A stretch of 64,000 nt of DNA from an uncultured Clostridia bacterium. GTDB taxonomy: Bacteria > Bacillota > Clostridia > Oscillospirales > Ruminococcaceae. This document shows positions 30,801 through 38,851 of the stretch, one piece after another; the first letter of the stretch is position 1, and each line of letters opens with the position of its first letter. The position numbers and the translations under genes were made by a program. Below the pieces are notes generated by a model. That model was not told the DNA's origin, did no database searches, and saw only the letters and a program-made list of their open reading frames with translations. Where the stretch lies: the NCBI GenBank assembly GCA_947627455.1, contig CANQWC010000006.1, forward strand, positions 21,714 to 85,713, read 5' to 3'.

Positions 30801-33800
30801 AAAGACGTTGAAACCACAAGCGGCAAAATTATCGCAACGGGCAAGATAGAGACAACCACAGATAATACGCCGATTGCGGTGGCGTTCGTGAACACAAGAA
30901 AGACGAGCTCGGTCACTATCGAGAAGAAACTCACGGCGGCGAAGGGAACGACGCTCAACGTTAATGACAATAACACTCCGTTTACGTTCACGGTCAACCT
31001 TTATGAGAGCGACGACAAAACGCCTATTTATGGGACATACACGACCGACAGCGAAACTGTTACAACAGTTACGTTTGCTAAGGATAAACCTTGCGAGATA
31101 ATGCTTAAAAGCGGTGAAAGCATTACCATCAGCGGTCTGCCTGTTGACGCGAAGGTAACGGTTTCAGAGACTGCCAAGGACGGATTTGAAAAGGACGGAG
31201 ATCAGACTGCTGACGTAAACGCTGAGGGCACAGCAAAACTTACATTTGAGAATGTCAAGAAAGCACCTGAGAAGACTGAACCCGTTACTGTCAGCGCGAT
31301 TAAAAATCTTGACGATAAGCCTTCGGGGGTTCAGTTCAGCTTCAATGTGGAAAAGCCCGACGGTACAACGGAAACCGTCATCAATGACGCAAAAGGCAAT
31401 ATTGAGATTCTTAAGGACGTTACATTCGACAAGGTGGGAAAATATGTCTACACCGTTTCGGAGAATGATATTACGGGCGATGACGCCAAAAAGTATATCA
31501 AGGATAACAGCGTTTATCAAATCACTGTGAATGTCGCGGAAGAGTATGTGAACGACGTTTACACGGGTAAGCTTGTGGCAACAACCGAAATCAAACAGAC
31601 GGCGGATTCTGATGGCACGAAACCTGATACGCCTGTGACTGTCGGCGAAGACGGAATTGTATTCAACAACAAGGCTAAGACTTACAGCCTCACGGTAAAT
31701 AAAGAAGTAGTTCTTAACGGCCGTACCGACATAGACGATGGCACTGAATACGGCTTTGAAGTTAAATTCACGGGCATCGACGATGTAAGCAAGCTCAGCT
31801 TGACTATCGATGGGACACCGCAAACTCCGCAGAGCGGAAGCAGCATTACGTTCAGCCTTAAGAAAGATGGCAAGGCGGTCATCTCGAATATACCTTATGG
31901 GGCACATTATGAGATCTCCGAGAGCCAGAGCGATGACTACTCTGCGAGCAGTGAGGACGATCTTAGCGGTGATATCAACAGCGACAAGGAAGTCACGGTT
32001 AAGAATACTTACGGCTTGAAGGTCGCGGCAATAAGCGCGACTAAGACACTCGACGGGGGTATGCTTACCGCGGGACAGTTTGAGTTTGAAGTGACAGAAA
32101 ACGGTGTTACGAAGACTGTTTTCAATGATGGCGACGGAAAGATTGAGCTTATTCCCGAGAAAACATTTGCCGAAGAAGAAAGCCACGTTTACACCGTTAG
32201 GGAAGTTGTTGACGAAAGTGACACGAAGATCAAATATGACAAGAGCGTGTATGAGATTACCGTAAACGTCAAGAAGATTGGCGACGAGCTTAAAGCAACA
32301 ACCAATATAGAGCGGACGGTGGATTCTGAGGGCAATAAGCTTGATGAGCCCGAAGTTGTCACGGAGATTACATTTAACAACTCGGTGATTAAGCCTGCTA
32401 CGGTTACTGCAATCAACGCGACTAAGACGCTCGACGGAGGCACGCTTACCGCGGGACAGTTTGAGTTCGAAGTGACAGAAAACGGTGTTACGAAGACTGT
32501 TTTCAATGATGGCGACGGAAAGATTGAGCTTATTCCCGAGACAACGTTTGCCGAGGAAGAAAGCCACGTTTACACCGTTAGGGAAGTTGTTGACGAAAGT
32601 GATCCGACGATCAAATATGACAAGAGCGTGTATGAGATTACCGTAAGCGTCACGACAAATGAAGACGGCGAGCTTAAGGCAACAACCGAAATCAAACGGA
32701 CGGCGGATTCTGAGGGTAAGACGCTTGATGAGCCCAAAGTTGTCACGGAGATTACATTTAACAACGCGGTGATTAAGCCTGCTACGGTTACTGCAATCAA
32801 TGCGACTAAGAAGCTCAGCGGGGCAACGCTTACCGCAGGACAGTTTAAGTTCGAGATAACCGACGAGAACGGCGCAAAGACCACCGTCACCAATAAAGAA
32901 GACGGCAGTATTGAGCTTATTCCTGAGAAAACATATACCGAAGAAGAAAGCCACGTTTACACCGTCAGGGAAGTCGTGGACACTACTGATACGAAGATCA
33001 AATATGACAAGAGCGAGTATGAGATTACCGTAAACGTCAAGACAAATGACGACGGCGAGCTTGAGGCAACAACCAATATCGAGCGGACGGCGGATTCTGA
33101 GGGCAAGACGCTTGATACGCCTGTTTCTGTCACGGATATAACCTTTGAAAATACTTCTGTCAAGGAGGAAGAGCAGCCGCCTGAGCCTGAGATTGAGCTT
33201 GGAAGCATCACAATCAGAAAGATAGTCGGCGGCTCGCAGGGCGACAAGACTCTGCCGTTTGAGTTCACACTTTCGTTTGAAAATCTGCCGATAGGGTTCG
33301 ACGCATCTGCACTTAAGATAAGCGGCGGCCGAGACGTCAAACAGAGCGGCGCTGTCATCACATTTAAGCTGGCGGATTCGGAGGAGCTCACCGTTAAGGA
33401 TATTCCTCTCGGAACGACATATCTTGTGGTCGAGACGCCTGTCGACGGATACGGCACGACAGCGGGCGGAGTAACGGGAAATTCGTCAAGAGGACCTATC
33501 AGCGAGCAGAAAAAGAACATAACCGTTGAGTTCAAGAACACCAACCCGATTCAGGAAGCACCGCTTCTCGGAGGCTTCACCGTTAAAAAGACGGTCATCA
33601 GCGACGACCCCGACGACCTTGAAACGCCGTTTGAGTTCAGCATTCAGCTTGACCCGATGCCCGCTGAACCCGACGTCAGCACGGCTTATACCGTCAGCGG
33701 AAACGTTATCACTGTTCACCTTGCCGACGGGGAAATCGCAAAGATAAGCAGTCTGCCTTACGGCACATCGTTTATCGTCAATGAGACACAGACGAGTGGG

Positions 33801-35942
33801 TTTGAGTCGAGGCTCAGTGAAACTTCGGTGGCGAGCGGAAAGATCTCGGCAGAACAGAATGACTTTGAGATCGAATATGTCAATACAAGGACCGCTCCGC
33901 CGATTGTTGAAAAGGAAGAATTCGGAAACCTGACAATCGTTAAATTCGTCTCGGGCAACGGATTCACCGAGGGACAGCAGTTTAACTTCACGGTTCAGCT
34001 CGGCTCTGATAAGCTCTATGCTTACACGGGAACGGGTATCGGACCTGCGGGCGGATACATCAGAAACGGCGACACCATCACCCTCACGAAAAATACATAC
34101 ATCAAGATCCATAATATTCCTTACGGCACAGCCTACAGCGTTACGGAGGCTGAGGCGGACGCCAACACCGTTATCACCGACGGGTACGGCATTATCACCG
34201 ACGGAAGCGGAATTATTTCGGAGACAAACCGCGACGCGGTAGCGCAGTTCAGCAACAGCAGCTTTATTGCGCCGACGGTGCCGAGCGACCCGACCAACCC
34301 CGATGAGCCGACTAAGCTGATGCTCACAAAATACGTTCGCCACACAGACGGCACCGACCCTGACCCGTTGGCGGCATTCACATTCACGGTTGCGTTTGCA
34401 TCGCCCGACCCGCTTGTACCCTTCGACTTCAGCCTTAATTGCACCGTTGAGGGACAGCTCACTTCATGGATTGATGCAAATGCCCTCTCGGTGACGCTTC
34501 ATCACAACGAAAGCGTCATGGTCTCGGGAATGCCCGTGGGCACGACATATGTCATCACGGAAGCGCCAACCGAAGGATATTCTTCAAAATTCATCACGGG
34601 CAATGAGACAGGTATCATTAGCGCCGCAGGACAGAGCGTGAGCGTTGTTGCGGAGAACACAAAGAGTACGCCTGTATTCCCTGCGCCTGATTCATCGCCG
34701 ACGGGCAGCCTTACCATCACAAAGGAAGTAAAGAGCGGCGATAAGAGCAAACCGTTCACCTTCATCGCGGAATTCACGCCCATGACGCCCGTCGACCTCT
34801 CGACGGTATGCACACTCGGCGGAAACTATACTTCGGCAGAGTGGAACGGGAATATCCTCACGGTTCAGCTCACGGACGGCCAGGCAATTCTTATCGACGT
34901 AATACCCTACGACACTTCGTATAGAGTTTATGAGAGCGGCAGCGAGGGCTATCGCGTGACGCCGAGCGAAGAGGTCGGAACGGTATCGTCAGAGACGCCG
35001 AATAACGTCGCTTCGTTCAGCAACTCGAGGCTCGTCGGAAGCCTGTCGGTCTCGAAGACTGTAAGCCTTGGCAGCAAGACCAAACCGTTTACGTTCAGCA
35101 TTGTGTTCACGCCGACAGAGCAGATCTCGCTCAGAGGAATTTGCAGGATAAGCGGAAGCTATACCTCGGCGGTGTGGAATGAAAACGTGCTCACCCTGAA
35201 GCTTACCGACGGTCAGAACGCGATAATCAACGGAATACCTTCAAATACCGCGTACAGCATCGTTGAGAGCGATAACGAGGGATATGAGGTTTCATCTGTG
35301 AACAGCGAGGGAACTATCATCGCAGACACGCAGATCAAAGCTTCGTTCACGAACACGCTTAAGTGCGGCTCGCTCACGGTCAAGAAAATCGTCGGGCTTG
35401 GAAACAAACAGCAGCCGTTCACATTCACTGTAAGCTTCACGCCGAACTCTTCGGGCATTGTTCTCAGCAGCTTCACGGTCATCAGCGGTGATTATACATC
35501 GGCGGTTTGGAATGGCGACATTCTTACGCTGATGCTCGCAGACGGCCAGAGCGCAACCATCTCGAATATACCATATGGGACGGCCTACAGCGTTGTTGAG
35601 GCGCCTGTACCGCTTTATACCTCGACGCCGGATGAATACGCGAGCGGAGTGATTTCGGCGGAGACGCCCGAGATCTCGACGGTGGTGGTAAACGTTCAGA
35701 ACTATAACCCGCCGTCAGGACCTATTCCTGACAACCCCGTTCAGCCGCCTGTCGTTGACGACGGGCCCGACACCGACGATATCGTCGTGATACCCGCGAC
35801 TGAATCGGGCGAGGGCGAAGGCGATGAGGTCGCCGAGGATAATGAAGCCTCGGAAGAAAGCAACCCGAAGACGGGCCTCACCCTCGGGCTTGGCGCCATC
35901 AGCGCGGCGCTTATCGCATTGACAATCTCAAAAAGACGCTGA
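24804..35942 (+). CDS. Giant cell-wall-anchored adhesin (3712 aa): signal peptide, split vWA domain with LamG-like insert, many Cna-B/SpaA-like and pilin-isopeptide-type domains, NPKTG sorting signal
   Basis: Signal peptide MKRLSAIILAIALAVSVMA. MIDAS DSSGSM at 25758-25775. LamG-like block at about 26340-26840. The second vWA half (YLIIFTDGKDT) is at about 27594. There are more than 15 repeats of the pattern GSLTISKEV..FTF..GESITI.GLPVGT.F.V.E. The C-terminus is NPKTG (35862-35876), a hydrophobic helix, then KRR. Confidence 0.9.
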   Translation: MKRLSAIILAIALAVSVMAEPLSAVWMLTGNLRSGIAPIALTDSADTMTVVVTHWHASEESGRPVGESDDSSREKAAETLVAQFKNNDGTYTLNGLNDEGESGDPDSCMKYDGEDTANVSSFFVSPKAYHADGDETEVYEKFAGFSVTTGNDATKLEENSPETTDDDKLKVTYNDNIRLVKIDVLYEYAEPIVAGTPDSTVFADSGSTKKNAEKDTSFVYGYPLDTAKAKEPIKNGSTFYAYGDTTAKEQAKAAVEAEFADSTEDLTKVKVYSVEEGLHTDKTATITENSEFKDGRTFDLQLEAWYSGDNKAKVGLVLDSSGSMAFTSAEPNSAEFNKIKVDEGEIGSLGITKVPAPETKEDAFNGDDWFIKDTDLDKILDTRKTDNSPNGYNGYSYYIYDSRSDTKEFVPIGYWDGKEKTELSYTDSGKSYVDNDFPSYANLIGYYTFDNGDNWAENKVTGKYAKSVDSADMSSISFGAGEEIKSKSGYTIDSNKGLNTTYSSGTSVLEKGILLDAVPSSEYFTISFKITTGSETESNELNEIMYIGPLEKSSNYAHVYRASGSSKSRFRVNEGDGVSEPRLSNVNSVFGKDKSNYVTLVFNGNNVTSYLNGAEPEYDSQNDGKTDYGKLKTKLDGFNIILNGIKDSYNGQSIYIDNVFVFDCALSDYQVKTLYDNYQIKNTDKVMTSDSISSAEYYFTTNGKKTAMLSSKVNIDEDKGWYYANTTSDYYTNLQTMGTAKDYRILLWGQDSTSVSYNYAPAKDVYGELSSEVEKRDAYYTYTTKEDTPLKFFVDESGYLCCFYNTGSSKSKETNRYGWSYVYKKVDTSQTKVEVLQRALGLFATGLQETSPTSSIAATKFSTPNINVSDYNQLVLLNWTNSPDEAAQVLSTSRNKEDNEYSYQMTGGTNTYTGLQSFIDNLAGTGANVNKKYLIIFTDGKDTELGNIVKAWKESNPDAEEKDIPLQSLIMQTRSYRLAEQIRDMGYTIYAIMLSGGSISSELSHDDYRQAVNFLAMLTGEETIDDEKVPITLENEDNKDIKVYDKVYEGSDAGSLITIFSKNIVDIISDDLSEYSVKDYLDPRFDLVDAKNNVWKLNDEGKVSVNGANETLPADITLSKDRESDGQDAVLNYDAGKHLYYLTWEDVTVPGCNSETVSLPVWNATVTVHAKEDFIGGNYVLTNGNMQLENYVSKNNSTEANSSSGTDKAKRNDDELEGEIIKDPSKGFPRTTVNVQIPDITIEGGTQVIYMGEELTPDGVAEKLGETIYDNWEVSKDRSQWYWEYLKRYPKLQDIENENSEVKFEGTHYDDFEGILNAIITNPSISFDYYYLPSSKPSDINGETGVKHNADKLGVLTFDWTKVKTGYDSYPVDNITKNTLDKASALTVTYTPSTTIDRQNSNNDGQLQSENNGSPVYQWDDDFKPAPGSVFKAGSDEEDEGYVTATGTYVTKIVSGQTAFDLKIPADVAEYLSKHYSGYTLTYTATLKREYQARSESDGTYETKTDSVGTYTATYSIPDSVTKSSVDPIVCEGIINYLGEYGAPDYVSAYGLPLGVYSFINPTLTVTKGTQTVENIGVKCGDIEIGEVTDDIKDKFKKYTADEKTAADLLEEAKAGISKAAATGIEKLAAKTDTSAKKIYIGQKDNYNEDTSYLDNRYGYGYGTLALDTGSLSINKTVVGLATGEANPDTYTITLSGDPDVLNGEYPLTGINNGKYVTFINGEAEYTLNGGDSITIDELPVGAQIKIDEDVDGKVYTYTKSVPPDDVTIITNTLVTVTNTVKTGSLTISKEVTGPVSTGHENDTFKFTVEAKVGETKLSGTYSTNSGTVTTVKFTDGKSDEITLKGGESITIQGLPVGTEFTVVETKDDNYTTTISDDSGDDKTDGKGTIAEGNSDVTVAFTNTFITGQLSITKTVENGFSTDEKKEFSFSVGFTNLPSGTEFKYKIGSKETTFTGSPIEIELKHGETAVFDGLPVGTEFTVEEIGTLDDYTVSATIGGKDVETTSGKIIATGKIETTTDNTPIAVAFVNTRKTSSVTIEKKLTAAKGTTLNVNDNNTPFTFTVNLYESDDKTPIYGTYTTDSETVTTVTFAKDKPCEIMLKSGESITISGLPVDAKVTVSETAKDGFEKDGDQTADVNAEGTAKLTFENVKKAPEKTEPVTVSAIKNLDDKPSGVQFSFNVEKPDGTTETVINDAKGNIEILKDVTFDKVGKYVYTVSENDITGDDAKKYIKDNSVYQITVNVAEEYVNDVYTGKLVATTEIKQTADSDGTKPDTPVTVGEDGIVFNNKAKTYSLTVNKEVVLNGRTDIDDGTEYGFEVKFTGIDDVSKLSLTIDGTPQTPQSGSSITFSLKKDGKAVISNIPYGAHYEISESQSDDYSASSEDDLSGDINSDKEVTVKNTYGLKVAAISATKTLDGGMLTAGQFEFEVTENGVTKTVFNDGDGKIELIPEKTFAEEESHVYTVREVVDESDTKIKYDKSVYEITVNVKKIGDELKATTNIERTVDSEGNKLDEPEVVTEITFNNSVIKPATVTAINATKTLDGGTLTAGQFEFEVTENGVTKTVFNDGDGKIELIPETTFAEEESHVYTVREVVDESDPTIKYDKSVYEITVSVTTNEDGELKATTEIKRTADSEGKTLDEPKVVTEITFNNAVIKPATVTAINATKKLSGATLTAGQFKFEITDENGAKTTVTNKEDGSIELIPEKTYTEEESHVYTVREVVDTTDTKIKYDKSEYEITVNVKTNDDGELEATTNIERTADSEGKTLDTPVSVTDITFENTSVKEEEQPPEPEIELGSITIRKIVGGSQGDKTLPFEFTLSFENLPIGFDASALKISGGRDVKQSGAVITFKLADSEELTVKDIPLGTTYLVVETPVDGYGTTAGGVTGNSSRGPISEQKKNITVEFKNTNPIQEAPLLGGFTVKKTVISDDPDDLETPFEFSIQLDPMPAEPDVSTAYTVSGNVITVHLADGEIAKISSLPYGTSFIVNETQTSGFESRLSETSVASGKISAEQNDFEIEYVNTRTAPPIVEKEEFGNLTIVKFVSGNGFTEGQQFNFTVQLGSDKLYAYTGTGIGPAGGYIRNGDTITLTKNTYIKIHNIPYGTAYSVTEAEADANTVITDGYGIITDGSGIISETNRDAVAQFSNSSFIAPTVPSDPTNPDEPTKLMLTKYVRHTDGTDPDPLAAFTFTVAFASPDPLVPFDFSLNCTVEGQLTSWIDANALSVTLHHNESVMVSGMPVGTTYVITEAPTEGYSSKFITGNETGIISAAGQSVSVVAENTKSTPVFPAPDSSPTGSLTITKEVKSGDKSKPFTFIAEFTPMTPVDLSTVCTLGGNYTSAEWNGNILTVQLTDGQAILIDVIPYDTSYRVYESGSEGYRVTPSEEVGTVSSETPNNVASFSNSRLVGSLSVSKTVSLGSKTKPFTFSIVFTPTEQISLRGICRISGSYTSAVWNENVLTLKLTDGQNAIINGIPSNTAYSIVESDNEGYEVSSVNSEGTIIADTQIKASFTNTLKCGSLTVKKIVGLGNKQQPFTFTVSFTPNSSGIVLSSFTVISGDYTSAVWNGDILTLMLADGQSATISNIPYGTAYSVVEAPVPLYTSTPDEYASGVISAETPEISTVVVNVQNYNPPSGPIPDNPVQPPVVDDGPDTDDIVVIPATESGEGEGDEVAEDNEASEESNPKTGLTLGLGAISAALIALTISKRR
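32016..33170 (+). repeat. Three near-identical tandem coding repeats (381/384-bp period) inside the adhesin gene
   Basis: ATKTLDGG.LTAGQFEFEVTENGVTKTVFNDGDGKIELIPE.TFAEEESHVYTVREVVDESD..IKYDKSVYEITV recurs, with the anchor codon gcg at 32037, 32418 and 32802. Long runs are identical at nucleotide level. Confidence 0.9.
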
Positions 35943-35956
35943 GTGAATAACACCGA

Positions 35957-35986
35957 GACCCCTGCAAAATTGCAGGGGTCTTTTTT
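35957..35986 (+). terminator. Intrinsic terminator of the adhesin gene
   Basis: gacccctgcaa-aa-ttgcaggggtc followed by tttttt. Confidence 0.85.
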
Positions 35987-36140
35987 GGGTGAAAAACATC
36001 GATAAGTAAACGCCCCTCAATATAACCCCCGAAAAGGGCAAAAGTTGCACGCTGACGTGCAACATTTTTGAAAAATTAACAGAAAATTTACAATTGAGGG
36101 GCGGAGAAATCGATTTGGGTTAAATATTTCTGTTAAAATA

Positions 36141-36168
36141 TCAAAAAGCCCCTTGTGAGAGGGGCTTT
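36141..36168 (-). terminator. Intrinsic terminator of metY-metA
   Basis: Minus strand: agcccct-ctcaca-aggggct followed by ttttt. Confidence 0.8.
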
Positions 36169-36180
36169 CGGACAGAGGGT

Positions 36181-36236
36181 GGGTAAAGGGTATCGGGTAT
36201 CAGGCGTCGGGTATCAGGTTTGGATATCGGGCGTCG
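36181..36236. repeat. 7-bp tandem array (GGGTATC-like, 8 units) in the metA 3' UTR
   Basis: gggtaaa gggtatc gggtatc aggcgtc gggtatc aggtttg gatatcg ggcgtcg. Confidence 0.7.
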
Positions 36237-36296
36237 GAATTACAGGGTGTAGCCTGCGGGTGCTTCAAATAGGGATAACCCGTTTGAGGCATGCGC

Positions 36297-37214
36297 TTAC
36301 TTGATTTCGTCGACGTCGTAGGGGGTGGTCTGGTAGACGAAGTAGTTCAGCCAGTTTGAGTAGAGCAGGTTGGCATGGGCGCGCCAGCGGACTATCGGCG
36401 GCTTGGTCGGGTCGTCGCTCGGGAAGTAATTCTTCGGGACGGCGATGTCTATGCCCTTTTGTTTGTCGCGGAAATATTCCTTCGCGAGGGTGTCGGGGTC
36501 GTACTCGGAATGGCCCGTTATGAATATCTGCCTGCCCTCGCTCGTCATGCAGGCATAGACGCCCGCTTCTTCGCTTTCGGCGAGGATTTTAATTTCGGGG
36601 TGGTTTCGCAGGGCGGCTTCATCGACGGCGGAATTTCGCGAATGGGGCGCGTAAAAAACATCGTCAAAACCGCGGAAAAGAATCGGGTTTTTGTAGCTCA
36701 CGGTATGTGGAAACACGCCGAAAAGCTTCTTTTGAAGCGGGAGTTTTTTTATGCCGAAGTGGTAGTAGAGGCCCGCCTGAGCGCCCCAACATATATGAAA
36801 CGTTGAGTGGACATGGGTTTTTGACCACTCGAAGATCTCGCAGAGCTCCTGCCAGTATTCGACCTCTTCAAATTCGAGGTGCTCGACGGGGGCGCCTGTT
36901 ATCACCATTCCGTCGAAGCGCTCGGATTTGACATCGGCAAAGGTTTTATAAAACGAAAGCAGATGCTCGGTCGACGTGTTCTTCGACTCGTGGCTCGCGG
37001 TGCGGATAAGCTCGATCTCGACCTGAAGAGGCGTGTTGCCTAAAAGGCGGGCAAGCTGGGTCTCGGTCGCGATCTTCGTCGGCATCAGGTTCAGAATCAG
37101 TATTTTCAACGGTCGGATATCCTGAGTGAGCGCACGGGTCTCGGTCATCACGAAGATATTTTCCTCGGCGAGGGTTTTTGCCGCAGGGAGGGTGTTCGGT
37201 ATTTTTATCGGCAT
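36297..37214 (-). CDS. metA: Homoserine O-acyltransferase (MetA family)
   Basis: [36 protein letters not shown] and ICWGAQAG (catalytic Cys) fit MetA. Confidence 0.92.
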   Translation of the reverse strand: MPIKIPNTLPAAKTLAEENIFVMTETRALTQDIRPLKILILNLMPTKIATETQLARLLGNTPLQVEIELIRTASHESKNTSTEHLLSFYKTFADVKSERFDGMVITGAPVEHLEFEEVEYWQELCEIFEWSKTHVHSTFHICWGAQAGLYYHFGIKKLPLQKKLFGVFPHTVSYKNPILFRGFDDVFYAPHSRNSAVDEAALRNHPEIKILAESEEAGVYACMTSEGRQIFITGHSEYDPDTLAKEYFRDKQKGIDIAVPKNYFPSDDPTKPPIVRWRAHANLLYSNWLNYFVYQTTPYDVDEIK

Positions 37215-37234
37215 TGTCAGTGCTCCTTATGGCG

Positions 37235-38530
37235 TTAAGCCGTGATTTTAAGGGTGTCGAGCGCCTGCTTTATATCGGCGATGAGGTCGTCGGCGCTCTC
37301 GATTCCGCAGGAAAGCCTTATCAGATCGGCGGATACGCCCGCGGCTTCAAGCTCGCTGTCGTTCATCTGGCGGTGAGTGGTGCTCGCGGGGTGGAGGCAG
37401 CAGGTGCGGGCATCGGCAACATGGGTCTCAATAGCGCATAGCTTAAGACTGCTCATGAACTTCTCGGCGGCTTTTCTTCCGCCCTTGACGCCGAAGCTTA
37501 TTACGCCGCAGGAACCGTTCGGGAGATATTTTTTCGCGAGCGCGTGGTCGGGATTGTTCTCGAGATCGGGATAAAAGACCCAACTGATTCGGGGATCGTC
37601 CAAAAGATAATTCGCGACGGCTCGAGCATTTGCGCAGTGGCGCTCCATTCGCACATGGAGGCTCTCGAGGCCCAAATTGAGGATATAGGCGCTCTGGGGC
37701 GACGGGGTCGAGCCGAAGTCGCGCATGAGCTGGGCGGTGGCCTTGGTTATATAGGCGCCCTCTTTGCCGAAGCGCTCGGCATATGTAATGCCGTGGTAGC
37801 TGTCGTCAGGGGTGGTGAGCCCCGGGAATTTATCGGCATGGGCAAACCAGTCGAAGCGGCCCGAATCAACTATCGCGCCGCCGACGGCAGAGCCGTGGCC
37901 GTCCATGTACTTGGTGGTGGAATGGGTGACGATGTCTGCCCCGAATTCAAACGGGCGGCAGTTTATCGGCGTCGCAAAGGTGTTGTCGACTATCAGCGGG
38001 ACACCGTGGCGGTGGGCGGCATCGGCAAAACGTTCGATGTCAAGAACACGAAGCGCGGGGTTCGCGATGGTCTCGCCGAAAACAGCCTTGGTGTTCGGGC
38101 GGAAAGCAGCCTCAAGCTCGGCGTCGGTGCAGTCGGGGGCAACAAAGGTGAAATCGACGCCCATCTTCTTCATCGTGACAGAAAAAAGATTGAAGGTTCC
38201 GCCGTAAATCGACGACTCGGCAACGACATGGTCGCCGCAGGTCGCGATGTTGAATATCGCGAAGAAATTGGCGGCCTGACCCGACGAGGTGAGCATCGCA
38301 GCGGTGCCGCCCTCTAACTCGCAGATCTTCTGAGCGACGGTGTCGCAGGTGGGGTTCTGAAGCCGCGAGTAGAAATAGCCCGAGGCCTCGAGGTCGAAGA
38401 GCTTGGCCATCGCCTCGCCCGTGGAATATTTGAAGGTAGTGGACTGGATTATCGGGATCTGACGGGGCTCGCCGTTCTCGGGCGTGTAGCCGCCCTGCAC
38501 GCAGACCGTCTCGATTTTTTTGTGTGACAT
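37235..38530 (-). CDS. metY: O-acetylhomoserine aminocarboxypropyltransferase / sulfhydrylase (MetY family, PLP-dependent)
   Basis: IQSTTFKY, SRLQNPT, SGQAA and the HSTTKYMDGHG PLP-lysine block. The start was trimmed to ATG 38530. The track extension to 38731 runs through the hairpin-rich leader. Confidence 0.9.
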   Translation of the reverse strand: MSHKKIETVCVQGGYTPENGEPRQIPIIQSTTFKYSTGEAMAKLFDLEASGYFYSRLQNPTCDTVAQKICELEGGTAAMLTSSGQAANFFAIFNIATCGDHVVAESSIYGGTFNLFSVTMKKMGVDFTFVAPDCTDAELEAAFRPNTKAVFGETIANPALRVLDIERFADAAHRHGVPLIVDNTFATPINCRPFEFGADIVTHSTTKYMDGHGSAVGGAIVDSGRFDWFAHADKFPGLTTPDDSYHGITYAERFGKEGAYITKATAQLMRDFGSTPSPQSAYILNLGLESLHVRMERHCANARAVANYLLDDPRISWVFYPDLENNPDHALAKKYLPNGSCGVISFGVKGGRKAAEKFMSSLKLCAIETHVADARTCCLHPASTTHRQMNDSELEAAGVSADLIRLSCGIESADDLIADIKQALDTLKITA

Positions 38531-38675
38531 GTGATCGCGTCCTCTCGAATTTATTTCGGTAATTATAGCACAAAGCCGAAAGCTTTGTGCTATAATTAGC
38601 CATCTTTTGCGGTTCCCGACGAAGTCGGGGAGCAAAAGGGCGAATAAAAATAAATTATAATAATCGCTTGCGATT

Positions 38676-38704
38676 ATTATAGCACAATATTCGGGGGGAG
38701 TCAA
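38676..38704 (-). promoter_or_regulatory. Candidate sigma-A promoter of metY-metA
   Basis: Minus strand: TTGACT, 17 nt, TATAAT with an extended TGTGc upstream of the -10 hexamer. Confidence 0.5.
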
Positions 38705-38711
38705 GGGCGCA

Positions 38712-38851
38712 GATGTGGCCGAAGCGGCCACATCAAGAAGTTAGAAGTTAGAAGATAGAAGTTAGAATTTAAAGGTGAGGCGGCGACGTTTTCAAATACT
38801 GAGGATAATGTGTGCGGAATGGACACTCCCCCAGATGACAGAAGTCAGAGG
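38712..38851 (-). repeat. Dispersed intergenic repeat, copy 2 (inverted relative to copy 1)
   Basis: Hairpin gatgtggccg-aag-cggccacatc (38712-38734). Heptamer array at 38735-38770. The 29-nt core at 38788-38816 is the reverse complement of 11732-11760. More heptamer-like units (cagatga cagaagt cagaggg) lie at 38831-38851. Confidence 0.7.

Noticed and set aside
31164-34343. Long antisense ORFs (596 aa and 285 aa) inside the adhesin gene.
   Set aside because: They mirror the tandem coding repeats of the sense strand. Stop-codon depletion there is a by-product of the repetitive Thr/Glu/Val-rich sense frame.
38735-38770. (U/G)AG-containing heptamers as TRAP-like (trp RNA-binding attenuation protein) sites.
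   Set aside because: TRAP sites have triplets spaced by 2-3 nt, not a 7-nt period. Orientation differs between copies, none lies in the trp leader, and the trp operon here is T-box controlled.
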